Source: a bacterium (GTDB taxonomy: Bacteria; SZUA-182; DTGQ01). Taken from it: 33,255 bases of DNA. A program made the translations under genes and the position numbers. The DNA is taken from assembly GCA_040752695.1 (NCBI GenBank), contig JBFMGO010000066.1, positions 1 through 33,255 on the forward strand. Reading direction: 5' to 3'. Numbering within the stretch: position 1 is the first letter of the stretch; every line of letters starts with the position of its first letter. Positions 17,959 to 25,473 of the stretch are shown here, one piece after another. The notes under the pieces were generated by a model. The model did not search any database. It was not told the origin of the DNA and worked only from the letters and a program-made list of their open reading frames with translations.

Positions 17959-18203
17959 ACGATGTTTTTCCTTAAATATAATTCCTTAGCCCTTTTATCA
18001 GATAATCTTATAATTTACCAGATAATCTTAAACGATACCCTTTAAAAGATAAAGATTATCGTTTTGCGGGTAAGATTTAAATAATAGTGAAATATAAAAA
18101 GTACGGTGATATACACTCTATGCTAATGATAATAAACAATGAGTCTTACGTCCAGCTTAAAGTAACCGTTTGCAGGCAAAATGAAAAGTTCTCCGCTGCC
18201 CTC

Positions 18204-18232
18204 TTGACATATCTCCTAAATAGTGATAGATT
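18204..18232 (+). promoter_or_regulatory. Sigma-70 promoter of tRNA-Leu
   Basis: TTGACA-N17-TAGATT with TGn extension. Confidence 0.75.
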
Positions 18233-18262
18233 TTGTCTCTGTCTCAATGAAAAAAGAATGCT

Positions 18263-18348
18263 GCCGGGGTGGCGGAATTGGTAGACGCAAGGGACTTAAA
18301 ATCCCTCGGAGGCTTGCCCCCGTGCCGGTTCGAGTCCGGCCCTCGGCA
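18263..18348 (+). tRNA. tRNA-Leu (TAA)
   Basis: GCCGGGG/CCTCGGC acceptor stem, anticodon TAA at 18297-18299, long variable arm, GGTTCGAGTCC T arm, A discriminator; no encoded CCA. Confidence 0.97.
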
Positions 18349-18538
18349 CTGTTCTTTTTCCCCGTTTTGTCTTCGTCATGCAATAACCGTTACCTTGCAA
18401 TAATCATTCCATGCGTTGTCATCAATATCTCACAATAATCATTCCATTTCGGCGGTCTTTTTGATTTTCAGCAGATTCATCGCGGAATCCGGCACCTTGA
18501 ATCGGCTGTTCGTTTTTATCGGAACAATAAGCCGGAAT

Positions 18539-18581
18539 AAAAAAAATGGGTAACCGGAGTTTCTTCTCAGTTACCCATTTT
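18539..18581. terminator. Bidirectional intrinsic terminator (stronger on the minus strand)
   Basis: AAAATGGGTAAC...GTTACCCATTTT stem with an 8-A run on the left, giving a U-tract on the minus strand. Confidence 0.75.
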
Positions 18582-18742
18582 CCGTGGAGTGGATGGTCCA
18601 TTAGCCGTTTCAGTGGAGTGGATGGCAGTTTATCACTTGATTCCATACTTCTTGTGCACGAATACTTTCTTCCAGTGCATGCCTGTGCTATTTTGTATAT
18701 TTATCTGTTCATAATAGGCCCGGTCCTTTGCCAAAAGTATCT

Positions 18743-18880
18743 TTATACATTTTCTGCAGGCTCCGCTGTCTGGAATGCAGGTTGAGGCCGCATCATTTCA
18801 CCTGCTCCAAACAGGAGGGACATGAATATCAGAGCCTGCATAAATACCTGCTCTAACAAACCTTTTATCAGGGCTCCCAT
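18743..18880 (-). CDS. Putative 45-aa small membrane or secreted protein
   Basis: Strong SD AAAGGGGGTGA before ATG 18880; MGALIKGLLEQVFMQALIFMSLLFGAGEMMRPQPAFQTAEPAENV with a hydrophobic N-terminal half. Confidence 0.45.
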   Translation of the reverse strand: MGALIKGLLEQVFMQALIFMSLLFGAGEMMRPQPAFQTAEPAENV

Positions 18881-18953
18881 GATGTTCACCCCCTTTCCCT
18901 CATCAAGGTTCCCATGATTTTTACCCTCTTCCCCTCATCAAGGGCTGGGTGAT
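18867..18953 (-). repeat. Degenerate 35-bp tandem repeat (~2.5 copies) over the BON-gene stop codon
   Basis: Minus-strand units ATCACCCAGCCCTTGATGAGGGGAAGAGGGTAAAA / ATCATGGGAACCTTGATGAGGGAAAGGGGGTGAAC / ATCATGGGAGCCCTGAT. Confidence 0.75.
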
Positions 18954-19328
18954 ATCGATCTGGTTAATGATCTGGAAGCCACTCGGGGCTCTCAACCTGA
19001 GGACATTCTCGGCCTTCTCTTTTTGCTTCCAGTCTTCTGCCTCCCCTCTGATGGTAATTGTCTCCTCATTTCTGTTTACCATAATCTGAAAGGTTTTATC
19101 ATCGACCTCCATGTTCCATTGCATCAGATCGGGATTCTTTCGGGTATCTTTCTTGGTTGAGTCAAGATATTCAGCATCAGCCGCTTCTCCTCTTTTTTCT
19201 GACTTAATAGTATCCTGTTGAAAACCATCCTCATTCGGTAAAAAAGCATAACCGGAAATAGCGGTTCCAAAAATGAAAAAGACAAAAAAAGCGATGAACA
19301 AACAATGGGCTGATTTTTTTACTCTCAT
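18921..19328 (-). CDS. Exported protein with a BON-like C-terminal domain
   Basis: Signal peptide; C-terminal I.V.....ITIRGEA....QKEKAE......G..IINQIDI fits the BON pattern; AAAGGAG SD. Confidence 0.7.
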   Translation of the reverse strand: MRVKKSAHCLFIAFFVFFIFGTAISGYAFLPNEDGFQQDTIKSEKRGEAADAEYLDSTKKDTRKNPDLMQWNMEVDDKTFQIMVNRNEETITIRGEAEDWKQKEKAENVLRLRAPSGFQIINQIDITQPLMRGRG

Positions 19329-19538
19329 AAAGGGTCTCCTTTTGCTCTATATCGATACGTATAATTATTCAGTAAACAATAAAGTAATCTTCCCCCTTTT
19401 CGAGGAGTCAGACCGGACACCGGCACCTTCTCCTCTTCCCCTAAAAAAGGGATGGCGCACGCGTATGCCATTATCCGCGAGGGAGATAAATCATATTCTT
19501 CTGCCAAGAGCTCTTGAGCGAATCTATCTTTACTAAAT

Positions 19539-19554
19539 TGCATATGATATGCCA
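19539..19554 (-). promoter_or_regulatory. Sigma-54 (-24/-12) promoter upstream of the BON-like gene
   Basis: Minus strand TGGCATATCATATGCA, GG-N10-GC spacing. Confidence 0.75.
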
Positions 19555-20080
19555 ATTATGGATAAAAATATATTGACAAAGAGTGAAGGAAGGAAATCAC
19601 AGAATCAATGAATAGTTAATGGGTTGTTATATCAAAGGTAATCGATTTTAAAGGCATCAAGCTTAAGGACACGCAACGTCGCTTAACAGGTGCATGCAAC
19701 AATGGAGGGAGACAAAAAGTGACAGGAACAGGCGCCGGAGGTCGACAATTTTGTCACGTCATAACAGGCCGGACCATGAACCCCTTATTTTTCTTAAGCC
19801 TTCACCCCCAGTAGATGTGCTTCCCGCCACAAGTATCCTCTTCGAGGGGAAAGGAGCCTCCTGCTTTGAAAGGGCAGATTCTTACCCTTTTTCCCTTTTT
19901 TAAAGGCGACTCCTTACCCTCTCCCCTTACAGAGAGAGGGCTTTGAAGGTGGGGGGCCGATGGGGAGTCTTCCGTTATTACCGATACCGGTCCTTAAAGG
20001 GTGCGGGGAGATGGGAACCGGCCAGGCGGCCAGGACAATCCGCCGAACATCAGCATGAATAAGCCGTTAGGGACGTACCG

Positions 20081-20845
20081 TTAATGATATCCCTTGAGTA
20101 TGCCGTCAAGGAACATAACCGAATCGTCTTTCTTGTTTATCATCTTAATTTCCATTTTGAGAATGCCATACTTGGGATTTACCCATCGGGTTTCTTGCAC
20201 GATAAAAGCGTCATCCTCCGAAGTTTCAGAAATTTTCCAGGCCGGATATTTTTTATTGTTAATTGTTACGTGCTCCTTAGCCAAAACCGAAATGCTGCCG
20301 CTTTCAAAGGAAGAATGATAGTCGTGGGTTACTCCAATCTCCAGGGTTTTGAAATCGATAAGAACCGGAGTATCTTCCCAGAGTATTTCAGAAGGATCAG
20401 CAGGATTATAAATGCCCAGCCGATACTCACCATCTTCTAATTCTGTCACGAGGTAGCAATTGGAAAGAGTGGCTTTGCTGTCGTTTGCCACGTCGATGAG
20501 ATGAAAGGAGGATTCATATTGATAGATTTCATACTCGCTGTAATCCGGAGAGACGTTGCCTGTATAGGGAGAATAGATAATTTGAGCATCCCCTTTTATT
20601 GCCTGTTTTACGGGGTCTCCTGCATCCTGGACATAGGACGTCGGCAGTATCTCAAGTGACTGGTAATGGGGCTGCGATTTCATGCTGGCATCACTGCTGA
20701 GTGACTCTAAATCCCCTGATTCTTCAACCGAAGATGCAGTCTCACCTCCACCTCCACCGCCACAACTGATAAGCACGAAACCCAGACTCACCATAATCAT
20801 GAATAAACCAGCCCTCAGCAAACCAGCCATTCCAGGCATTTTCAC
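20081..20845 (-). CDS. Uncharacterised lipoprotein with a beta-rich C-terminal domain (DUF3108-like end)
   Basis: LISC lipobox followed by GGGGGG; C-terminal E.VT.....YPAWKI...TRW..P.YGILK; AAAGGAGG SD before the GTG. Confidence 0.75.
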   Translation of the reverse strand: MKMPGMAGLLRAGLFMIMVSLGFVLISCGGGGGGETASSVEESGDLESLSSDASMKSQPHYQSLEILPTSYVQDAGDPVKQAIKGDAQIIYSPYTGNVSPDYSEYEIYQYESSFHLIDVANDSKATLSNCYLVTELEDGEYRLGIYNPADPSEILWEDTPVLIDFKTLEIGVTHDYHSSFESGSISVLAKEHVTINNKKYPAWKISETSEDDAFIVQETRWVNPKYGILKMEIKMINKKDDSVMFLDGILKGYH

Positions 20846-20980
20846 GGGAATCCTCCTTTTACTCAGGTATTGTGAAAAAAAATATTACGATTATTCAGGT
20901 TTTTATTTTCGGACTATTTACCAAAAATTCCTGAAAATATTTTGGATGAGCTGAAGGAGGAGAGATCTTTGAATGGGCAA

Positions 20981-21007
20981 GGGCAGGCACAAGGGGCCTG
21001 CCCCTAT
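20981..21007. repeat. REP-like hairpin (GTAG-type resemblance)
   Basis: GGGCAGGC-acaaggg-GCCTGCCC followed by CTAT; minus strand reads ATAGGGGCAGGCCCCTTGTGCCTGCCC. Confidence 0.55.
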
Positions 21008-21038
21008 AAACCTGGCCGCGTAATTGAAGCGACCTATG

Positions 21039-22511
21039 CTAAGATTCCTGCCTGTAGCGTCCATCGCTTTTCGGCAGCGTGATACCAAGCGCTTTAATCT
21101 TGCGAAACAGCGTGCTTCTATGCATGCCGAGCTCGCGTGCCGCAGCCAGGCGGTTGAGATGATTACGCTGAAGTGCTTCAACGATCGCATGAGCCTCGAA
21201 CGCACGGACTGCCGCATCCATTTCTCCCATACAGGCAGCCTTCGTTTTCTCTTCACTGGCCGTATCGGGTTCCCCCACACTGGAGGGTGAAGAGGGGGAC
21301 CGGGACAAGAACTCCTCCGGCAGGTGGCAGGGCTCGATACGTCCCTCACCACACAGGACGAAAGCGTGTTCGATGATGTTCTCCAGTTCACGGATGTTGC
21401 CGGGATAATCGTGCGCCATGAGAAAGGCCATGACCTGCGAGGTGACCCCGCAGATGGATTTGCCCTGCGTGCGGTTGAACCTCGCCACAAAGTGTTCTAC
21501 CAGCAAAGGGATATCTTCCTTGCGTTTTCGCAGCGGCGGCAGGTCCATCTTCACAACATTGATCCTGTAGAACAAATCCTGCCGAAACGCCCCTTTTTTA
21601 ACCTGGAGAGCAAGGTTTCGGTTCGTGGCTGCGATCACCCGCACGTCCGTTTTAATGGATTCCGTCCCGCCGAGGGGTTCATAGGTTCTCTCCTGCAACA
21701 CCCGCAGCAGCCTGACCTGCAAGGCCTGGCTCACCTCCGCGATTTCATCCAGAAACAGCGTTCCTCCCTCTGCCAGTGCAAAGCGGCCGGGTTTATCCTT
21801 ACGCGCACCGGTAAAAGCACCCGACTTATAACCGAAAAGCTCCGATTCCAAAAGAGTATCGGGCAAGGCTCCGCAATTAATGGCGACAAAAGGCTTATTG
21901 TGCCGCGAACTGAGGTTATGGAGCCCCCTGGCCAGAAGCTCTTTGCCCGTTCCTGTCTCCCCCTGGATGAGCACAGTGCTGTCACTGGCTGCTACCTGAG
22001 GCAGGACATCGAATATCCGTCGCATCGAGGCACTCCGGCTTACCAGGTCGCCCGCCTGAAACCGGCCTTCCAGTTCCTTGCGAAGCTCCTCGACCAGAGT
22101 CAAATCACGGAACGTTTCAGCGCCTCCGATCACCTGTTTTTTTTCATTTCTCAAAAGAGCCGTGGATAAACTGATCGGGATGCGTCTGCCCTCGGCATCC
22201 ACGATAAAAGCAGACTTGTTGACGACAGGGGCTCCCGTATTCAGGGTGCGGGCCAGGGCGCAATCCACCTCGCACATGCTGGCGCGGAATACCTCCGAAC
22301 ACCTTCTGCCGATCGCATCTTCACGGCTGATCCCTGTGATTTCTTCCGCTGCCCGGTTGAAGGAGGTAATCCGCCAATCACCATCCACGGTAAATACACC
22401 GTCGGAAATGCTCTCCAGGATGCTCTCGGTCGGATTGGAAGCGGCGGGCTTCACCGCGGGTTTCACCCTGGACTTCACCTTGGTATCTGTCTTATTACGG
22501 TACGGGCTCAT
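21039..22511 (-). CDS. orpR: PAS-domain sigma-54-dependent Fis-family activator (OrpR-like, putative Fe-S redox sensor)
   Basis: PAS domain with C-x8-C-x3-C (CSEVFRASMCEVDC); GETGTGKE, ESELFG, GAFTGA, LFLDEI, FRQDLFYRINV and PGNIREL; C-terminal HTH (AARELGMHRSTLFRK). The symbol is inferred from architecture and context. Confidence 0.88.
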   Translation of the reverse strand: MSPYRNKTDTKVKSRVKPAVKPAASNPTESILESISDGVFTVDGDWRITSFNRAAEEITGISREDAIGRRCSEVFRASMCEVDCALARTLNTGAPVVNKSAFIVDAEGRRIPISLSTALLRNEKKQVIGGAETFRDLTLVEELRKELEGRFQAGDLVSRSASMRRIFDVLPQVAASDSTVLIQGETGTGKELLARGLHNLSSRHNKPFVAINCGALPDTLLESELFGYKSGAFTGARKDKPGRFALAEGGTLFLDEIAEVSQALQVRLLRVLQERTYEPLGGTESIKTDVRVIAATNRNLALQVKKGAFRQDLFYRINVVKMDLPPLRKRKEDIPLLVEHFVARFNRTQGKSICGVTSQVMAFLMAHDYPGNIRELENIIEHAFVLCGEGRIEPCHLPEEFLSRSPSSPSSVGEPDTASEEKTKAACMGEMDAAVRAFEAHAIVEALQRNHLNRLAAARELGMHRSTLFRKIKALGITLPKSDGRYRQES

Positions 22512-22572
22512 ATTCCTGACTCAAGTATACCGGGCGGGGACGACCCGGCCAGTTATTGAATGAGAGTATTTC

Positions 22573-22662
22573 TCGAAAATTCCTCCCCTCAATAAGAGGG
22601 GAAATAAAAACCTTCTCCCAATCAAGAATTTAGGGGAGCACGGGGAAAATTCCCTCCCATCA
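22573..22662. repeat. Dispersed CCCCT-Nn-AGGGG palindromic repeat copy
   Basis: TCGAAAATTCCTCCCCTCAATAAGAGGGGAAATAAAAACCTT, followed by further C-run/G-run pairs. Confidence 0.55.
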
Positions 22663-22664
22663 CC

Positions 22665-23579
22665 TTACCCGTTGAACGGAAGGAGCCGGCGAATCTGCTT
22701 CAACAATTTCTTCTTCCTGATCTGGCCTAAAGCCGCTCTGGCTGCCCGCTCTCCCGCTTGAATACAATCTCTTGCACGGGAAAAATCAGCCCAGTTGATA
22801 TCGCTTACCTCTGGAGAAACAATGACATCCGCTTCACTAAGCTGGCGGGCCCTCAGGAAGAACAGGGTAATATCATACGAGCGCATAACTACATCAATCC
22901 CGCTCTTCAAAGGGTAGACCGGGCTTAACCGGTTCTTGCCCACGTTGCACGCTATAACCATGTCTGCACCTAATTGGCGGGCTTCATTGATTGGAACGAG
23001 ACTGACGCAGCCTCCGTCAACCAGGTTTTTGCCTTCAATACTGACCGGCGGCAGGATTGAAGGAATGGCACAGGAGGCAGCAACAGCTTCTCGAATAAGC
23101 CCCTGGCTCAAAATGCATTCCGATCCCGCATCCATGTCAGTGGCTACCAGATGTAAGGGAATGCGGCTTTCCTGAAAGCCGGATTCACCGAAAAGGTAAG
23201 AGCTGTTCTCTCTGACGACTTCAGGGGAAATAAACGATAAACGGGTCAGTGATCTGCCGAAGAAAATACCCCTCTCAAGAAAACCGGGGATGAAGGGCAT
23301 AAGCCTTTTTCTCGGTTTATTCTCCTTCACACTCTCTCTGAGAAAGGAGTCCATCCGGAATTTTTTAAACGGCCCGCTGTCAATGTAATCCAGTATGCGC
23401 TCCTCCAGTTCATCGGCCTTCGGATTGAGGGCGTAGAGTGCGCCGACGATGGCACCGATGCTGGTCCCGACAATGAGATCAAAATGAACGTTTTCTTTTT
23501 CCAGCACCTTGAGTACTCCAACATGGGATAAGCCACGTGCAGCTCCACCTCCCAGCGCCAGCGCAATTTTCATAGTCAT
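22665..23579 (-). CDS. Patatin-like phospholipase (RssA/NTE-type)
   Basis: LGGGAARG oxyanion motif, GTSIG nucleophile, ASCAIP and VDGG catalytic Asp. Confidence 0.93.
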   Translation of the reverse strand: MTMKIALALGGGAARGLSHVGVLKVLEKENVHFDLIVGTSIGAIVGALYALNPKADELEERILDYIDSGPFKKFRMDSFLRESVKENKPRKRLMPFIPGFLERGIFFGRSLTRLSFISPEVVRENSSYLFGESGFQESRIPLHLVATDMDAGSECILSQGLIREAVAASCAIPSILPPVSIEGKNLVDGGCVSLVPINEARQLGADMVIACNVGKNRLSPVYPLKSGIDVVMRSYDITLFFLRARQLSEADVIVSPEVSDINWADFSRARDCIQAGERAARAALGQIRKKKLLKQIRRLLPFNG

Positions 23580-23624
23580 CTCTTACCCTTTTTGAGTATT
23601 ATCCGTCAAAATGAGAAAGTAACG

Positions 23625-23963
23625 TTATTTCGCCTGTTTTTTCAGTTGCTTCTCTCGGTCGATACGGGTTACATGCTCCAATACCACTTCGCGTGGTGAC
23701 CAGGATAAAAAGACCCTTAAGCAGAGGATAAGCAGGATAATATCGTCAAATCCCCCAATGATGGGAATAAGAAGCTCAGGTATGAAATCAACAGGGCTGA
23801 TTATGTAGAGCAGGGTTCCAACCAGGAGCAGCTTCAGATACAGGGGGACACGGGAATCCATAAAGAGTCGGTAAAAAAGCTTGAGAAAATCAGGCACATG
23901 CCAGATAAACCGAAAAAAATTTATGGGATTGAGCAATTGTAATCCAAAGGGATTTTCCAGCAA
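23625..23963 (-). CDS. YkvA/DUF1232 family membrane protein
   Basis: D.RVP...K......LYIISPVDFIPE..P.IG..DD; GAAGGAG SD before the TTG. Confidence 0.9.
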   Translation of the reverse strand: MLENPFGLQLLNPINFFRFIWHVPDFLKLFYRLFMDSRVPLYLKLLLVGTLLYIISPVDFIPELLIPIIGGFDDIILLILCLRVFLSWSPREVVLEHVTRIDREKQLKKQAK

Positions 23964-23990
23964 TTTTTGCTCTCCTTCACTTCCCCAAAA

Positions 23991-25274
23991 TCATCCGCCC
24001 GGCTCTGAAAGATCCATAGGGAAAGAACGCTTGATCTCCTTTTCCCATTCGGGATTCGGGCAGCGTTTCAGATAGAGCCTCCAGTAAAGAGCAACCTGAT
24101 CCATGCGCCCCTGCTTTTCGTGCAAAAAGGCTAAAGCAGCCAGGCATTCCGGGTAATGGGGATTGATAGCCAGGGCTTTTTCAAATGCTTCTTTTGCATC
24201 CTGAACACTTTCCTTTTCGGCATAAAGGGTTCCGAGATGGTAATAAAGATCCGGATACCGGGGCTGAACGGTAATCGCTTCCTGCAGGATCTGGATGCTC
24301 CTTTTGTGTTCTCCTGTTTTCAAATAAGCCAAAGCCAGACTGACCATCGCCTGAACATAACGGGGATTGATATCGAGGGCCTTTTGGAAAGCTTCGATCG
24401 CCTGCTGATGATTTCCCCTTTTTGCGTAATACGTTCCGAGATGATAGTGAAGGTCCGCATACCGGGGATTAAGCTGCACAGCTTTTTCGTAAAAGAGAAT
24501 GGTATGGGAGATAACATCCTCTCCCTCTGGCAACGGGGCCGCCTGGCTGTATGCCTTGCCCGTATCGACGGGAACGACAGCAAAAGCTCTTGAAAATTCA
24601 TCGAGTACCTTTTGGTGAAAAGATGCCTTCTTTGGCCTGCCTTCTGAGTGTTTTTGATTTTCTTCGATAAGCCTGATCCCCGACTGTGCCTCCGGATACC
24701 GGGGATTAATTTCCAGTGCCTGCCGAAACTCCTTTATGGCATCATCAAACCGATGTAAAAGACCATAAATGGAGCCAAGCAGGTAGTGGCAGTCAGCATA
24801 ATGAGGATTGATTTCCAGGGCCTCTTGATAGCAGTCCGCAGCATCGTCCAGTCGGTGGAGCCTCACGCAGGTAAATCCCAAAAGCGAAATGGCCGCAGTA
24901 TACCGGGGATTAATCTCCAGTGCCTGCCGAAACTCCTGCTCCGCCCGGTCGAATTTTTCAAGAAAACAAAGGCAAAGCCCTAGATGGTAATGGATGTCCG
25001 GATAATTGGTATAAATCCGGACCGCAGCGGTAAAGTTTTTGACCGCCTCCTCGTACATTCCGAGGTGTTCGTAAGCAAATCCCAGGTGCAGATAGGATTC
25101 CTTGATGTAAAAGAGGGAAAGATTATAGTATACCCCTGCCTTGCCTGGCTGAGAGATGACTTTGCCGAACCCCTCTATGGCCTTCTCGAAATTCCCCTGC
25201 TCATACTGCTCGAGAGCCTGGGAATAGGTACTGTTTTTACGAAGAAATGGAAGTTTTTTGATGATCTGGTTCAT
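23991..25274 (-). CDS. Tetratricopeptide repeat protein (two TPR clusters)
   Basis: Repeated 34-aa units ending ALEINP.Y followed by HYHLG; about 10 TPRs. Confidence 0.92.
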   Translation of the reverse strand: MNQIIKKLPFLRKNSTYSQALEQYEQGNFEKAIEGFGKVISQPGKAGVYYNLSLFYIKESYLHLGFAYEHLGMYEEAVKNFTAAVRIYTNYPDIHYHLGLCLCFLEKFDRAEQEFRQALEINPRYTAAISLLGFTCVRLHRLDDAADCYQEALEINPHYADCHYLLGSIYGLLHRFDDAIKEFRQALEINPRYPEAQSGIRLIEENQKHSEGRPKKASFHQKVLDEFSRAFAVVPVDTGKAYSQAAPLPEGEDVISHTILFYEKAVQLNPRYADLHYHLGTYYAKRGNHQQAIEAFQKALDINPRYVQAMVSLALAYLKTGEHKRSIQILQEAITVQPRYPDLYYHLGTLYAEKESVQDAKEAFEKALAINPHYPECLAALAFLHEKQGRMDQVALYWRLYLKRCPNPEWEKEIKRSFPMDLSEPGG

Positions 25275-25280
25275 AGGTTG

Positions 25281-25309
25281 AATATAGAGTATCCCCCAAA
25301 AAAAGTCAA
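25281..25309 (-). promoter_or_regulatory. Sigma-70 promoter placing the TSS on the ATG of the TPR gene (leaderless)
   Basis: TTGACT-N17-TATATT-N6-ATG; no SD present. Confidence 0.6.
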
Positions 25310-25365
25310 GAAGGGTGACTTTTTGTTCATCTGTTATGAAAAAGAAATGCCGGGTCCTCCTTATG

Positions 25366-25402
25366 AAAAATCCCCGGCCCTGCGCTTCAGGCAGGGCCAG
25401 GG
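25366..25402 (-). terminator. Intrinsic terminator after the giant surface protein gene
   Basis: Minus strand CCCTGGCCCTGC-ctgaagc-GCAGGGCCGGGG followed by ATTTTT. Confidence 0.65.
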
Positions 25403-25473
25403 AAGTCCTTGGGTTCTTCCAAAAGGTGGCTTGACCCTTTGGTGGAGTAAGGGCTTTATTGTAAGGACCTCTT

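Noticed and set aside
16881..18438. ORFs 16881..17144 and 18223..18438
   Set aside because: They are translations across tRNA genes.
17245..20080. Active integrative element or prophage at the tRNA genes
   Set aside because: No integrase, transposase or phage genes, and no duplicated tRNA 3' end was found by eye.
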